64,000 bases of DNA from NCBI GenBank assembly GCA_036497645.1, contig DASXJB010000126.1, forward strand, positions 3,769-67,768, read 5' to 3'. The position numbers were made by a program, and so were the translations under genes. The notes under the pieces are model-generated. The model worked only from the letters and a program-made list of their open reading frames with translations, was not told where the DNA came from and ran no database searches. This DNA comes from Xanthobacteraceae bacterium. Lineage in GTDB: Bacteria > Pseudomonadota > Alphaproteobacteria > Rhizobiales > Xanthobacteraceae. The first letter of the stretch is position 1; each line of letters starts with the position of its first letter. Positions 1 to 12,458 of this stretch are shown here, piece by piece.

Positions 1-43
1 GACGTCCTCGCTTCGGTTCCTCCTCGAAACAAAAAGCATCGAC

Positions 44-1471
44 ATGACAAGCACCGATCAGGAGCGATGGCGACGGGTCAAGGACCAGTTGCGGTCTGAA
101 CTTGGCGAGGATGTCTTCAGCAGCTGGTTCGGCCGCATGGAGCTTGAAGCCGTGGAGCAGGGGTCGGTGCGGCTCTCCGTGCCGACACGTTTTCTCCGCA
201 ATTGGATCCAATCGCATTACAGCGAAAAGGTGCTGCTCAAGTGGCAGTCTGAAGAGCCGGACGTCACGCGCCTAGAATTGACCGTCCGTTCTTCGACGAT
301 CCGGCTGCCGGCCGCAAAGCCGAAAATGCTGGAGCCCCCGCCGGTGGCGCGCGACGGTCGCGAAACATCGCTCGAGATCGTCGGCGCGCGCGCCAGCATT
401 CCGTTCATGAACGTGCACGAGGCCCTTGGCGGTTCGCCGCTCGACCCGCGGCTGAGCTTTGAAACGTTCATCGTCGGGCGTTCGAACACGCTTGCGCATG
501 CCGCGGCCAAACAAGTCGCCACCAGCCGGCGCGGCGAGCCGCTAATGTTCAATCCGCTTTACACCCACGCCGCTGTCGGATTGGGCAAAACCCATCTGCT
601 GCAGGCGATCACCTGGGCCGGCAACACCACTGCCGACCGCAAACTACTGTATCTAACAGCCGAACGTTTCATGTATGGGTTTGTCTCGGCGCTGCGCAGT
701 CAGAACACGCTTGCTTTCAAGGAAGCTATTCGCGCCATCGACGTGCTGGTGATCGATGATCTGCAATTTCTGCAAGGGCGTTCGACGCAAGCTGAGTTTT
801 GCCACACGCTCAACACGCTGATCGACGCCGGGCGTCAGGTGGTGATCGCCAGCGATCGGCCGCCCTCAGATCTTGAGAGCCTTGACGATCGCGTGCGCTC
901 CCGGCTGGCCGGAGGTTTGGTGGTCGAGATCGGCTCGCTCGGCGAAGAGCTGCGTCTTGAAATCCTCAAGAGCCGGATTTGCGCCGCGCGGGCGCATCAC
1001 CCCGGCTTTGAAGTGCCGCAGCCGGTGCTGGCTTTCATCGCCAAGTCGGTCACCCACAACGGCCGGGACCTTGAAGGCGCGGTCAATCGGCTGTTGGCCC
1101 ATAGCAAGCTCACTGGGCAGCCGGTCACCATCGAAATGGCGGAACGGGAGATGCGCGACCTGATTCGCCCGGCTGAGCCGAAACGGGTGCGAATCGAGGA
1201 TATTCAGCGCATTGTCGCGCGCCAGTACAATGTGAGCCGCGCCGATTTGTTGTCGTCGCGGCGGACCGCCAATGTGGTGCGCCCGCGGCAAGTGGCGATG
1301 TATCTTGCCAAGGTTCTCACGCTGCGGTCGTTGCCGGAAATCGGCCGCCGCTTCGGTGGACGCGACCACACAACCGTGCTGCATGCGGTCCGTAAAATCG
1401 AGAATTTGGCCGGCACTGACAGCGCCCTTGCCGAGGAGATCGAGTCACTCAAACGCCAGCTGCAGGACTGA
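44..1471 (+). CDS. dnaA: chromosomal replication initiator protein DnaA
   Basis: 475-aa ORF with AAA+ Walker A (GLGKTHLL), Walker B (VLVIDDLQF) and a C-terminal DNA-binding helix ([11 protein letters not shown]). Followed by dnaN-recF-gyrB. Confidence 0.97.
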   Translation: MTSTDQERWRRVKDQLRSELGEDVFSSWFGRMELEAVEQGSVRLSVPTRFLRNWIQSHYSEKVLLKWQSEEPDVTRLELTVRSSTIRLPAAKPKMLEPPPVARDGRETSLEIVGARASIPFMNVHEALGGSPLDPRLSFETFIVGRSNTLAHAAAKQVATSRRGEPLMFNPLYTHAAVGLGKTHLLQAITWAGNTTADRKLLYLTAERFMYGFVSALRSQNTLAFKEAIRAIDVLVIDDLQFLQGRSTQAEFCHTLNTLIDAGRQVVIASDRPPSDLESLDDRVRSRLAGGLVVEIGSLGEELRLEILKSRICAARAHHPGFEVPQPVLAFIAKSVTHNGRDLEGAVNRLLAHSKLTGQPVTIEMAEREMRDLIRPAEPKRVRIEDIQRIVARQYNVSRADLLSSRRTANVVRPRQVAMYLAKVLTLRSLPEIGRRFGGRDHTTVLHAVRKIENLAGTDSALAEEIESLKRQLQD

Positions 1472-1538
1472 GCCAGAACCGATTGCTTGCCGTCCAGCGA
1501 GCCCACAGTCCGGCAAACCCCTAAAAAGACATGGAAAA

Positions 1539-1558
1539 GCCCCGCGCGGCCGCGGGGC
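1539..1558 (+). terminator. GC-rich hairpin downstream of dnaA (possible terminator/attenuator, no U-tract)
   Basis: GCCCCGCG-cggc-CGCGGGGC forms a perfect 8-bp stem 68 nt after the dnaA stop. It is not followed by a T-run. Confidence 0.25.
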
Positions 1559-1628
1559 CGGGCTTGCCGAAAGCCTCGCGGCGCGCCACCCTTATTGTCC
1601 GCGTTTCGGCTTCTTTTCGGATTTGGCG

Positions 1629-2747
1629 ATGAAAGTCACCGTTGAGCGTTCGGAATTGTTGAAGTCCTTGGGCCATGTCCATCGCGTGGTCGAGCGCCGC
1701 AATACGATTCCGATCCTCGCCAATGTGCTTTTGCACGGCGACCGCTCCAAGCTTTCGCTGAAGGCCACCGACCTCGATATCGAAGTCATCGATACGATTG
1801 CCGCCGAGGCCGCCCCCGGCGGCTCGACCACGGTGCCGGCGCACATGTTTTTCGATATTGTCCGCAAGCTGCCGGAAGGCGCGCAGATCGCCCTGGAATC
1901 GTCGGGTGATCGCGCCGCCTTGGCGATACGCGCTGGCCGCTCCCGTTTCACGCTGCAGACGCTGCCGGAGAGCGACTTTCCCGATCTGTCCGCCGGCGAG
2001 ATGACGCACAAGTTCACGCTCAAGGCCGGCGAACTCAAGCGTCTCATCGACAAGACGCAATTCGCGATCTCGACCGAAGAGACCCGCTATTATCTGAACG
2101 GCATCTATTTGCACGCGGCTGGCACCGCCAAAGCGCAGACGCTTCGCGCCGTCGCCACCGACGGCCACCGGCTCGCTCAGATGGAAATTGAACTGCCGAA
2201 AGGCGCCGCCGGCATGCCGGGCATCATCGTGCCGCGCAAGACCGTCGGTGAAGTTCACCGACTGGTGGGAGACGGCGAGACCGAGGTCGCGATCGAACTT
2301 TCTCCCGGCAAGATCCGATTCACGATTGGGCAGACCGTGCTGACCTCGAAGCTGATCGACGGCACCTTTCCCGATTACGCGCGCGTAATCCCCGTCGGTA
2401 ACGACAAGGAATTGGTGGTCGACAAAAAAGAATTCGAGGCGGCGGTCGATCGCGTATCCACCGTTTCTAGCGAGCGCGGCCGTGCGGTGAAATTATCCGT
2501 CAATGCCGGGCGGCTATTGTTATCCGTTACCAATCCGGACTCGGGCAGCGCCAACGAGGAGCTTGAGGTCGAATATGAAGCCGATCCGATCGATATCGGT
2601 TTCAATTCGCGCTATCTTCTCGATATCGCGGCGCAGATCGAAAGCGAAGCCGCCGTGCTGAAGCTTGCCGATCCGGGATCGCCGACGCTGATCCAGGACA
2701 AAGAGCAGCGCGGCGCGCTCTATGTCCTGATGCCGATGCGAGTTTGA
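1629..2747 (+). CDS. dnaN: DNA polymerase III subunit beta (sliding clamp)
   Basis: The in-frame ATG at 1629 gives MKVTVERSELLKSLGHV..., a typical DnaN N-terminus, and a 372-aa product. The upstream part of ORF 1272.. overlaps dnaA and is an ORF-track extension. Confidence 0.95.
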   Translation: MKVTVERSELLKSLGHVHRVVERRNTIPILANVLLHGDRSKLSLKATDLDIEVIDTIAAEAAPGGSTTVPAHMFFDIVRKLPEGAQIALESSGDRAALAIRAGRSRFTLQTLPESDFPDLSAGEMTHKFTLKAGELKRLIDKTQFAISTEETRYYLNGIYLHAAGTAKAQTLRAVATDGHRLAQMEIELPKGAAGMPGIIVPRKTVGEVHRLVGDGETEVAIELSPGKIRFTIGQTVLTSKLIDGTFPDYARVIPVGNDKELVVDKKEFEAAVDRVSTVSSERGRAVKLSVNAGRLLLSVTNPDSGSANEELEVEYEADPIDIGFNSRYLLDIAAQIESEAAVLKLADPGSPTLIQDKEQRGALYVLMPMRV

Positions 2748-2805
2748 CAGCGATCGGCAATCGGTCGTCAGGTATTGGGGCCGCCTGAGGCCTAATCCCG
2801 AACCG

Positions 2806-3945
2806 ATGCCTGCACTCGTCCGCAGCCTGAACCTGCACAATTTCCGCAACTACCATACCGCCTCGCTCGACGCCGGTGCCGGGACGATCGCGCTCGTTGG
2901 ACCGAATGGCGCCGGCAAGACCAACTTGATCGAAGCGATCTCGTTTCTGACGCCTGGCCGCGGCCTGCGCCGCGCCACTCTCAACGAGATCGCGTTCAAT
3001 GAAGGCGATGGCTCGTGGGCGGTTGCTGCGGAAATCGAGGGCGCGCTCGGATTGGCCACGCTCGGCACCGGGATCGACCCGCCCCCAGAGAACGGGGCAA
3101 CCACTCAGCGCCAATGCCGCGTCGATCGCGAACCGGTGCCCTCGGCCGCGGCTTTCGCCGATCATTTGCGGGTCATATGGCTCACTCCGGCGATGGACAG
3201 CCTGTTTACCGGCGCGCCGTCGGAGCGCCGGCGTTTTCTCGATCGTCTGGCGCTTGCGGTCGACGCCGAACATGCAAGCCGCGTCAACGCACTCGAGCGA
3301 TCGCTGCGCTCGCGCAACCGGCTTTTGGAGGAAGCGCGCGCTGATACTCACTGGCTGGAAGCGGTGGAACACGAAACCGCAGAGCTCGCGGTGGCCGTCG
3401 CGAGCCTGCGGGTGGAGACAGTTCGCCGCCTCGCGGCTGTGCTGGACACGCGTAAGGAGACGCCGTTCCCGCCTGTCGAAGTCGCAATTGATGGCTGGCT
3501 GGAGCAACTCATCCCGGCGTATCCGGCCAGTGACGTCGAACAGCGCTACCGCGCAGTGCTGCGCGACAATCGCGACCGCGACGCCGCCGCCGGGCGCACG
3601 CTCGACGGACCGCATTTGAGCGATCTGAAAGTGGTCTATGCCGCAAAGGGCATTCCCGCCGGGGATGCCTCGACCGGCGAGCAGAAGGCGCTTCTAATCG
3701 GGCTTGTGCTTGCGCATGCCCGATTACTGAGCGAGATGACCGGAGCGGCGCCAGTCCTGTTGCTCGACGAGGTCCTCGCGCATCTCGATCCCGCGCGCCG
3801 CCTGGCGCTGCATCGCGAACTCGCCGAGCTCGGCGCGCAAGCATGGATGACAGGTGCGGATCCCGCGCTGTTCCGCGAAATCGAATCGCCTGCCTGTGTG
3901 GTTGAAGTGAAATCCGGAACACTGATCGCGTCCAACCGAGGCTGA
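2806..3945 (+). CDS. recF: DNA replication/repair protein RecF
   Basis: 379 aa with Walker A GPNGAGKTN and an ABC/SMC-like signature STGEQKALL. Position between dnaN and gyrB fits. Confidence 0.93.
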   Translation: MPALVRSLNLHNFRNYHTASLDAGAGTIALVGPNGAGKTNLIEAISFLTPGRGLRRATLNEIAFNEGDGSWAVAAEIEGALGLATLGTGIDPPPENGATTQRQCRVDREPVPSAAAFADHLRVIWLTPAMDSLFTGAPSERRRFLDRLALAVDAEHASRVNALERSLRSRNRLLEEARADTHWLEAVEHETAELAVAVASLRVETVRRLAAVLDTRKETPFPPVEVAIDGWLEQLIPAYPASDVEQRYRAVLRDNRDRDAAAGRTLDGPHLSDLKVVYAAKGIPAGDASTGEQKALLIGLVLAHARLLSEMTGAAPVLLLDEVLAHLDPARRLALHRELAELGAQAWMTGADPALFREIESPACVVEVKSGTLIASNRG

Positions 3946-4069
3946 GGAGGAGTGGTCCGTGAAACGCATTTCAAACCTGCGAACAGTCGCGGCCTTCGGG
4001 AACAAGACCGCGGGCCCCCTCTTAACCCGAAAGAAGCCCCAACGCCGGGTATGAGACCGAGGCCTCGCA

Positions 4070-4264
4070 ATGCCGGAACCGGCAGCAGATGCGATCGTGA
4101 GAAACTTAATCGAAGCGCTGGAGCGCTTGCGCAGCGATTTGGATCCCATGGAACTTTGGGCCGCGGCACTCGACCGTTTTCAGCGTCCGATCCCGGATTA
4201 CCTCCCAGGCGACCAGCATTTGCTGACTTCGGACCCGAAACGGGGCCGGCGTCCGCCGGCTTAA
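4070..4264 (+). CDS. small hypothetical protein (64 aa)
   Basis: ORF in the 560-bp recF-gyrB spacer. The sequence looks helical rather than Arg/Ala/Pro-rich junk (MPEPAADAIVRNLIEALERLRSDLDPMELWAAALDRF...). GAGG lies about 7 nt upstream of the ATG, and third-position G/C is about two thirds by hand count. Confidence 0.35.
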   Translation: MPEPAADAIVRNLIEALERLRSDLDPMELWAAALDRFQRPIPDYLPGDQHLLTSDPKRGRRPPA

Positions 4265-4492
4265 TCAACGCTTTCCGACCTTCTCCCGAGCGGCGGCGCG
4301 TGATTTGCGCACGGGGCCGAGAAGCGCCTCCGCCAAGGCCAATTTTGGGCCAAAGGGCGGTTGCTTTTTTGCTCCGCCAAAAGCTTGAAAAACAGCGATC
4401 TGACAATATGTTAGTTCTTCCCCTTTTGTCCTGTACGGATCGCCTTTTTGGTGTACAAGATTCACCGATTCACACATATTTTTTGAAAGTGA

Positions 4493-6943
<2,451 letters not shown>

Positions 6944-6947
6944 GCGG

Positions 6948-7844
6948 TCAAAACCGCCCTGGCAGCACCAGGACCTTGGACGTGCCGGGCAATGTCGCCT
7001 TCGAGACTACGACCGAGGGAATTCCCGCCGTTTCGACATCCCAGAGCTTGCGGGCCCGGTCGAGAAACCGGTCGAGGATGTACTGGCCATAATAGTGCAT
7101 GGGGATGATCAGCGGCGCCTTGAGCGCGCTCAGCACGTCCATCATGCCGTCGAGATCAAGCGTGTAGCTGCCGTCCACCGGCGCCATGACCACATCGATG
7201 CGGCCGATCTCGTTAAGCTGCTGCTGTGTCAGCGGATGATGCAGATGTCCGAGATGCGCGATGCACAGATTGGCAATCTCGAAAATAAAGATTGAATTGC
7301 CGTAACGTTCGGTCGTGGTGCTGCCGTAGAAGCTGCGAATATTGGTAGGCACGTTGCGCACCCGCACGTCACGATATTTCAGGTCCCAGTTGGCCGGCTG
7401 ATCGGGACTCTCACCCCAACCGCGCAATACGTATTTGATCGCCGGGTCAGGACGGTCGGTGTAATGCGTGTTGTGCGCATGATTCATGGTGACAATATCC
7501 GGCAACAACGGCGTCTTGATGTAATCATTGTAATCGGTGGCAATACGCACGAGCTGCGGGCTCTCGATCAGAAAGGTCGCGTGACCGAGAAAGGTCAGGC
7601 GGACCTGATCTGAATTCAGCGCCGCCAGATGAAAGGTGCCCGAATTTAACGCATCAAGATTCGGCGCACTCAAATGCCACGCCGCGGGAATTACCCTTGC
7701 GTGGTCGGCGGCGACCAGCCCTGGACAGACTTGCGTTATTTCCGCGCTTGGCGGCGCCGCCGGTTGCGCGATCGCAAGCGAAGAAAAAATCGATTGCGCG
7801 ATCGCCGCCAAAACAAACCGGACGATCCATCGCGAGATGTTCAT
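6948..7844 (-). CDS. secreted MBL-fold metallo-hydrolase
   Basis: The start at MNISRWIVRFVLAAIAQSIFSSLAIAQP gives a signal-peptide-like N-terminus. His-rich metallo-beta-lactamase-fold motifs are present (HLGHATFLIE, NHAHNTHYTD, HLGHLHH). The ORF track begins 25 codons further upstream. Confidence 0.7.
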   Translation of the reverse strand: MNISRWIVRFVLAAIAQSIFSSLAIAQPAAPPSAEITQVCPGLVAADHARVIPAAWHLSAPNLDALNSGTFHLAALNSDQVRLTFLGHATFLIESPQLVRIATDYNDYIKTPLLPDIVTMNHAHNTHYTDRPDPAIKYVLRGWGESPDQPANWDLKYRDVRVRNVPTNIRSFYGSTTTERYGNSIFIFEIANLCIAHLGHLHHPLTQQQLNEIGRIDVVMAPVDGSYTLDLDGMMDVLSALKAPLIIPMHYYGQYILDRFLDRARKLWDVETAGIPSVVVSKATLPGTSKVLVLPGRF

Positions 7845-7949
7845 CCTCACGCGTCCTGCTTCAAGCGGCAAGACGATAGCAAATCGGATGACACGGCGCG
7901 CGCACCCGCGCCGCCGCACGATTTGCGTTCGCGATTGGTTGAAATCGCC

Positions 7950-8750
7950 TCAGCGCGCCGAGGTGATGGTTCCGCGGGCCGTCAGCACGACCCAGTGGCC
8001 GTCCTGGCGCTTGATCACATCGACCCGCCCGATACCGGGCAGGACACTGCCGGCGCTGACTGCGAACAGTCCGCCGTAGCGGCTCTCGACCAAGGCATGG
8101 CCGTTCTGCACATCGTGAACGATCCAATCCTGCAAAATCCGGTCATTCAATTTTGGCGGTTCTGCGGAAGTAACAACCGCGAGCGCAGCGGTTTGACCCG
8201 GCGACGAAGCCGCCTGCGTTGCGGGCGGCAAGGAAGCGGTCGTCTCGGCTGCAGCGGCGCTGCGCTGATCGATCCGGTCCAGGCGGTCGGCGATCTTGGC
8301 AAATTGGTTGGTGGTGTTGCGGGCCGCGTTGTCGAGACTGGATTTCAGCCCGGCAATGTCGAGACTCGATTTGAGCGCGGCGACCTCGGCAAGCTTAAGC
8401 TTGATTTCGCGCATAGCGGCGATCGTGTTCTCCATGCCGCTCGTGGATGCCGGCGGTGGCGGCGCCGGATAAATGAACCGCGCCAATCCCGAGCCCGACA
8501 CCGAGCCGACGAATGAACCAAAGCCTGCGGCAAAAGCTACGCTCGCCGCCAGCATGACAAAACGTTTGGAGCGCGCCGGCGCCGCTGCGGTTTTGATTTG
8601 CTCCGGTTCGTCTGCCGCGCCGTTCGCGGCTTGATCTGCGGCGGCGCTCAATTTCGGCGCCACGACCGCGGGCAGATTGATGCGCATCGCGCCGGCATCG
8701 TTTGCGGCTGTCTCGCCGCCTCCGGCGGCATGATCGGACGTCTCGGCCAT
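7950..8750 (-). CDS. hypothetical membrane-anchored coiled-coil protein
   Basis: ATG at 8750 is preceded by GGAGAT. The protein has one hydrophobic span (FVMLAASVAFAAGFGSFVGSV), a coiled-coil-like middle with a 9-aa internal repeat (LKSSLDIAG/LKSSLDNAA), and a beta-rich C-terminus. I recognise no family. Confidence 0.6.
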   Translation of the reverse strand: MAETSDHAAGGGETAANDAGAMRINLPAVVAPKLSAAADQAANGAADEPEQIKTAAAPARSKRFVMLAASVAFAAGFGSFVGSVSGSGLARFIYPAPPPPASTSGMENTIAAMREIKLKLAEVAALKSSLDIAGLKSSLDNAARNTTNQFAKIADRLDRIDQRSAAAAETTASLPPATQAASSPGQTAALAVVTSAEPPKLNDRILQDWIVHDVQNGHALVESRYGGLFAVSAGSVLPGIGRVDVIKRQDGHWVVLTARGTITSAR

Positions 8751-8853
8751 TTCGGATCTCCGGCATTTACGGTTGATCAATCGTTAACCAGCTTTGGTTA
8801 GCGATTGGTTACCGTTCGCGTTTTCCGAAAACGAAGCCGATCCGGTCTAATCC

Positions 8854-9864
8854 TTAAACAGCAAGACCGTTCTCTTCGGCCAGCTGGCGCAGCGAAACCT
8901 CGGGGCGGGCGCCGAGATGCTGGATGACTTCCGCCGCGGCCATCGCGCCAAGCCGGCCACAGCTGCGGTCGTCGGCGCCGCGCGCAAGCCCGCACAAAAA
9001 TCCAGCGGCGAACAAATCGCCCGCCCCAGTCGTATCGACGACGCGCTCGACCGGGAATGCCGGCACAGCCTCTATTCCTTCCGGACCGATGACGAGGCAG
9101 CCCTTCTCGCTCCGCGTCACGACCGCGGCTCCGATATCGGCGCGCAGCGCGGCGATGGCGCCGTCGAAATCCGATGTCTGATACAGGCTGTGCAGCTCCG
9201 CCTCGTTGGCGAAGACGAGATCGAGAGTGCCCGAGCGCATCAGCTGCAGGAATTCGTCGCGCCAGCGGTCGACGCAGAAAGCATCCGACAGCGACAGCGC
9301 AACTTTGCGGCCGCTGCCGTGCGCGATCTTGGCCGCTTTGAGAAAGGCTTCCTTGGCGTGATTGGGATCCCACAGATAACCTTCGAGATAAGTGATGGCG
9401 CTTGCCGCCACCGTCTCCTCGTCGACGTCCCGCGGATGCAGGTCCTGCGCCGCGCCCAAATAGGTGTTCATGGTGCGCTCGCCATCCGGCGTCACCAGCA
9501 CATAGCAACGACCGGTCGATGGGCCGTCCGATGCCGGCGCCGTGCCAAAGCTTACGCCGGCCGCGCGGATATCGTGACTGAACGCGCTGCCGAGTTCGTC
9601 GGCTTTGAGCTTGCCGATGAACGCCGCCCGTCCGCCGAACCCAGCGACGCCGACCATCGTATTTGCCGCCGATCCTCCGGATATCTCGACCGCCGGACCC
9701 ATAGCGTCATAGATCGCTTGCGCGCGCGCCTCGTCGATCAGCGCCATGCCGCCCTTGCGCATGCCATGCGCCAGCAGAAAGTCGTCATCGGCCCGGGCAA
9801 GGACATCGACGATGGCGTTGCCGATGCCGAGGACGTCGAAACGAGCGGAGGTCATGGCTGGCAT
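8854..9864 (-). CDS. PfkB-family kinase, adenosine-kinase-like
   Basis: 336 aa with the PfkB signature DTTGAGDLFAAGF near the C-terminus and an N-terminal GNAIVD motif. Confidence 0.75.
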   Translation of the reverse strand: MPAMTSARFDVLGIGNAIVDVLARADDDFLLAHGMRKGGMALIDEARAQAIYDAMGPAVEISGGSAANTMVGVAGFGGRAAFIGKLKADELGSAFSHDIRAAGVSFGTAPASDGPSTGRCYVLVTPDGERTMNTYLGAAQDLHPRDVDEETVAASAITYLEGYLWDPNHAKEAFLKAAKIAHGSGRKVALSLSDAFCVDRWRDEFLQLMRSGTLDLVFANEAELHSLYQTSDFDGAIAALRADIGAAVVTRSEKGCLVIGPEGIEAVPAFPVERVVDTTGAGDLFAAGFLCGLARGADDRSCGRLGAMAAAEVIQHLGARPEVSLRQLAEENGLAV

Positions 9865-9999
9865 TGAGTTTCGGCCGGCTGACGCGGGTCGCGCACTATA
9901 GCGGGCGCCTCTTGCACGGCAAGCTGACGGATGGCATGGGGACGCTATCGAGCGGCACCATCAAGCCGGATCGGCCGCGCTCGGGCGAGGTCCCCACAG

Positions 10000-11034
10000 A
10001 TGAAGTTCAAAGAACTGATTTTCTCCGGCGTGCAGCCGACCGGGAACCTCCATCTCGGCAATTATCTCGGCGCGATTAAGCGGTTCGTGGAGCTGCAGCA
10101 CCGTTTTGATTGCATTTATTGTGTCGTCGATCTGCACGCCATCACGGTGTGGCAGGAGCCCAGCGAATTGCCGCGGGCGATCCGCGAGGTTACCGCTGCC
10201 TTTCTCGCCTGCGGGATCGATACGAAAAAAAATATCGTATTCAACCAGAGTCAGGTCGCCGAGCATGCCGAGCTCGCCTGGATATTCAATTGTGTTGCGC
10301 GGCTGGGTTGGCTCAACCGCATGACGCAATTCAAGGAGAAGGCCGGCAAGGACCGCGAGAATGCTTCGGTCGGCCTCTATGCCTATCCGACGCTGATGGC
10401 CGCCGATATTCTGGTTTATCGCGCCACCCATGTGCCGGTCGGCGAAGACCAGAAGCAGCACCTGGAATTGTCCCGCGACATCGCCCAAAAATTTAACAAC
10501 GACTTCGGCCAGTCGATCAAGGAAAAAGGCTATGGCGACGCGTTCTTTCCATTGCCCGAGCCGCTGATCACCGGCGAGGCAACCCGCGTGATGTCGCTGC
10601 GCGATGGCTCAAAAAAGATGTCGAAATCGGACGCTTCCGATTTTTCCCGTATCAACCTCACTGATGACTCCGACGCGATTGCGCAGAAAATCCGCCGCGC
10701 CAAGACCGATCCCGAGCCGCTGCCGAGCGACGAAAAGGGGTTGGCGGCGCGGCCGGAGGCCGAAAACCTCGTCGGCATCTACGCGGCGCTTGCCGACATC
10801 GACCGCGCCGGCGTGCTCAAGCAATTCGGCAACGCCCAATTCTCAACGTTCAAGGCGGCGCTAACCGACCTTGCGGTATCCAAGCTTGGGCCGATCGGCG
10901 CGGAAATGAAACGGCTTCTTGCCGATCCGGCGTCGATCGACGCGGTCTTAGCCGAGGGGGCCGGACGCGCACAAAAATTGGCGCGTGAAACTATGAATGC
11001 GGTCAAGGACGTGGTCGGCTTCGTGCGAAGCTAG
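10000..11034 (+). CDS. trpS: tryptophan--tRNA ligase
   Basis: Start at [22 protein letters not shown] (HIGH-type motif), with a KMSKS motif present. 344 aa. Confidence 0.95.
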   Translation: MKFKELIFSGVQPTGNLHLGNYLGAIKRFVELQHRFDCIYCVVDLHAITVWQEPSELPRAIREVTAAFLACGIDTKKNIVFNQSQVAEHAELAWIFNCVARLGWLNRMTQFKEKAGKDRENASVGLYAYPTLMAADILVYRATHVPVGEDQKQHLELSRDIAQKFNNDFGQSIKEKGYGDAFFPLPEPLITGEATRVMSLRDGSKKMSKSDASDFSRINLTDDSDAIAQKIRRAKTDPEPLPSDEKGLAARPEAENLVGIYAALADIDRAGVLKQFGNAQFSTFKAALTDLAVSKLGPIGAEMKRLLADPASIDAVLAEGAGRAQKLARETMNAVKDVVGFVRS

Positions 11035-11172
11035 AATGTCGCGACGGCGCGGCGTATTCATCGATCCGCCGCCCTTGAAGTTTGCGAGCAAATTCGCCAC
11101 CTAATAGGGTAGCTTGACGCGAGTCACGGGCGTTGCTTCGATTCGCTGAAGCGCGCCGTGATGGAGGGCACG

Positions 11173-11730
11173 ATGTTTATTCAGACCGAAGCCACGCCGA
11201 ACCCGGCGACGATGAAATTCCTGCCCGGACGTTCGGTCCTGGAACACGGCACGCTCGATTTGCGTGACGCGGCCCAAGCCGAACAGTCGCCACTCGCGGA
11301 ACGGTTGTTCGGCATCCCTGGAGTGAGCGGGGTATTCTTCGGCTCTGATTTCATTGCCGTGACAAAAAACGCCGGCGAATGGCAGCAGCTCAAGCCGATG
11401 ATCCTGGGCGCGATCATGGAGCACTTCATGTCGGGCGCGCCGCTCATCACCGCCAGCAGCGCCGAGGTCAAAGACGGCGAAGAATTCTTCGACGAGGCGG
11501 ATGCCGCCACGGTCGCCACCATCAAGGAATTGATCGAGACCCGGGTCCGCCCCGCGGTCGCCAATGATGGCGGCGACATCACTTTCCGCGGTTTCAAGGA
11601 TGGCGTTGTCTATCTGAACATGAAAGGCGCTTGTTCCGGCTGTCCGTCGTCGACCGCGACGCTGCGCCACGGCATTCAGAATTTACTGCGTCATTTCATT
11701 CCTGACGTTACCGAAGTCCGTCCGATGTGA
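11173..11730 (+). CDS. NifU/Nfu-type Fe-S cluster assembly protein
   Basis: MFIQTEATPNPATMKFLP (Nfu_N-like N-terminus) plus a C-terminal NifU CxxC motif (CSGCPSS). Confidence 0.85.
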   Translation: MFIQTEATPNPATMKFLPGRSVLEHGTLDLRDAAQAEQSPLAERLFGIPGVSGVFFGSDFIAVTKNAGEWQQLKPMILGAIMEHFMSGAPLITASSAEVKDGEEFFDEADAATVATIKELIETRVRPAVANDGGDITFRGFKDGVVYLNMKGACSGCPSSTATLRHGIQNLLRHFIPDVTEVRPM

Positions 11731-11777
11731 TTCGGCGCAGTTGGCACCGGCGATCAACTCTATCTCTGTGACGCTCC

Positions 11778-12458
11778 ATGCGTGTGCTTGCCATTGATAC
11801 GGCGCTCGCGGCTTGCGCGGCTGCCGTTCTGGACACCGACCATGGGATCCTCGCAAGCGAGAGCCTCCCGATGGTCCGCGGCCATGCCGAGGCGCTGATC
11901 CCACTGATCGCGCGGGTCATGAAGCAATCCGACATGACTTTTCAAAACCTCGGCCGCATTGCGGTAACCACCGGGCCGGGAAGTTTCACTGGCGTACGTG
12001 TCGGTCTGGCCGCCGCCCGGGGATTCGGCGTCGCCACCGGCGTGCCGGTTGTCGGTGTTTCAACGCTGTCGGTCTATGCCGCGCCTTGTCTGGCCGGCAA
12101 CGGCAAGTCTCCGGTGGTCGTCGCGATCGATGCCCGGCACGAGCATGTATTTCTGCAGGTGTTCGGTCCCGGCGGGCAGACCCTCGTCAGCCCACGATTG
12201 GCGCGTTTGAGCGAGGCGATTCGTGCAGCATCCGAAGCGCCGGTTTGTCTGGTCGGCTCGGCGGCGCGAGCGGTCGCCGACGGATTGGCGAATAACGCCG
12301 CGCCGCCGCGCACCATCGATCCGCGCGACGCGCCTGACATCATGTGGGTGGCGCAGATCGGCGACGTTACGCCGCAAGCGCAATCGGCTCCTCATCCGCA
12401 ATATCTGCGCGCGCCGGACGCGCAGCCGCAAAATGCCGCGCAGCTGCCACGCCGATGA
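11778..12458 (+). CDS. tsaB: tRNA t6A37 biosynthesis protein TsaB
   Basis: MRVLAIDTALAACAAAVLD... is a TsaB/YeaZ-like N-terminus. The gene is translationally coupled (ATGA) to rimI. Confidence 0.85.
   Translation: MRVLAIDTALAACAAAVLDTDHGILASESLPMVRGHAEALIPLIARVMKQSDMTFQNLGRIAVTTGPGSFTGVRVGLAAARGFGVATGVPVVGVSTLSVYAAPCLAGNGKSPVVVAIDARHEHVFLQVFGPGGQTLVSPRLARLSEAIRAASEAPVCLVGSAARAVADGLANNAAPPRTIDPRDAPDIMWVAQIGDVTPQAQSAPHPQYLRAPDAQPQNAAQLPRR

Noticed and set aside
1272-1628. N-terminal extensions of ORF-track entries for dnaN. The same issue affects truB (27803-28096), ispG (36300-36776), the thioredoxin-domain gene (44041-44178), the Tim44-like gene (53128-53280), rbfA, trpS, rimP, secB and hslU/hslV.
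   Set aside because: The extensions overlap the preceding gene or have junk-like composition. Internal starts give canonical family N-termini and, in several cases, an RBS or ATGA/GTGA coupling.
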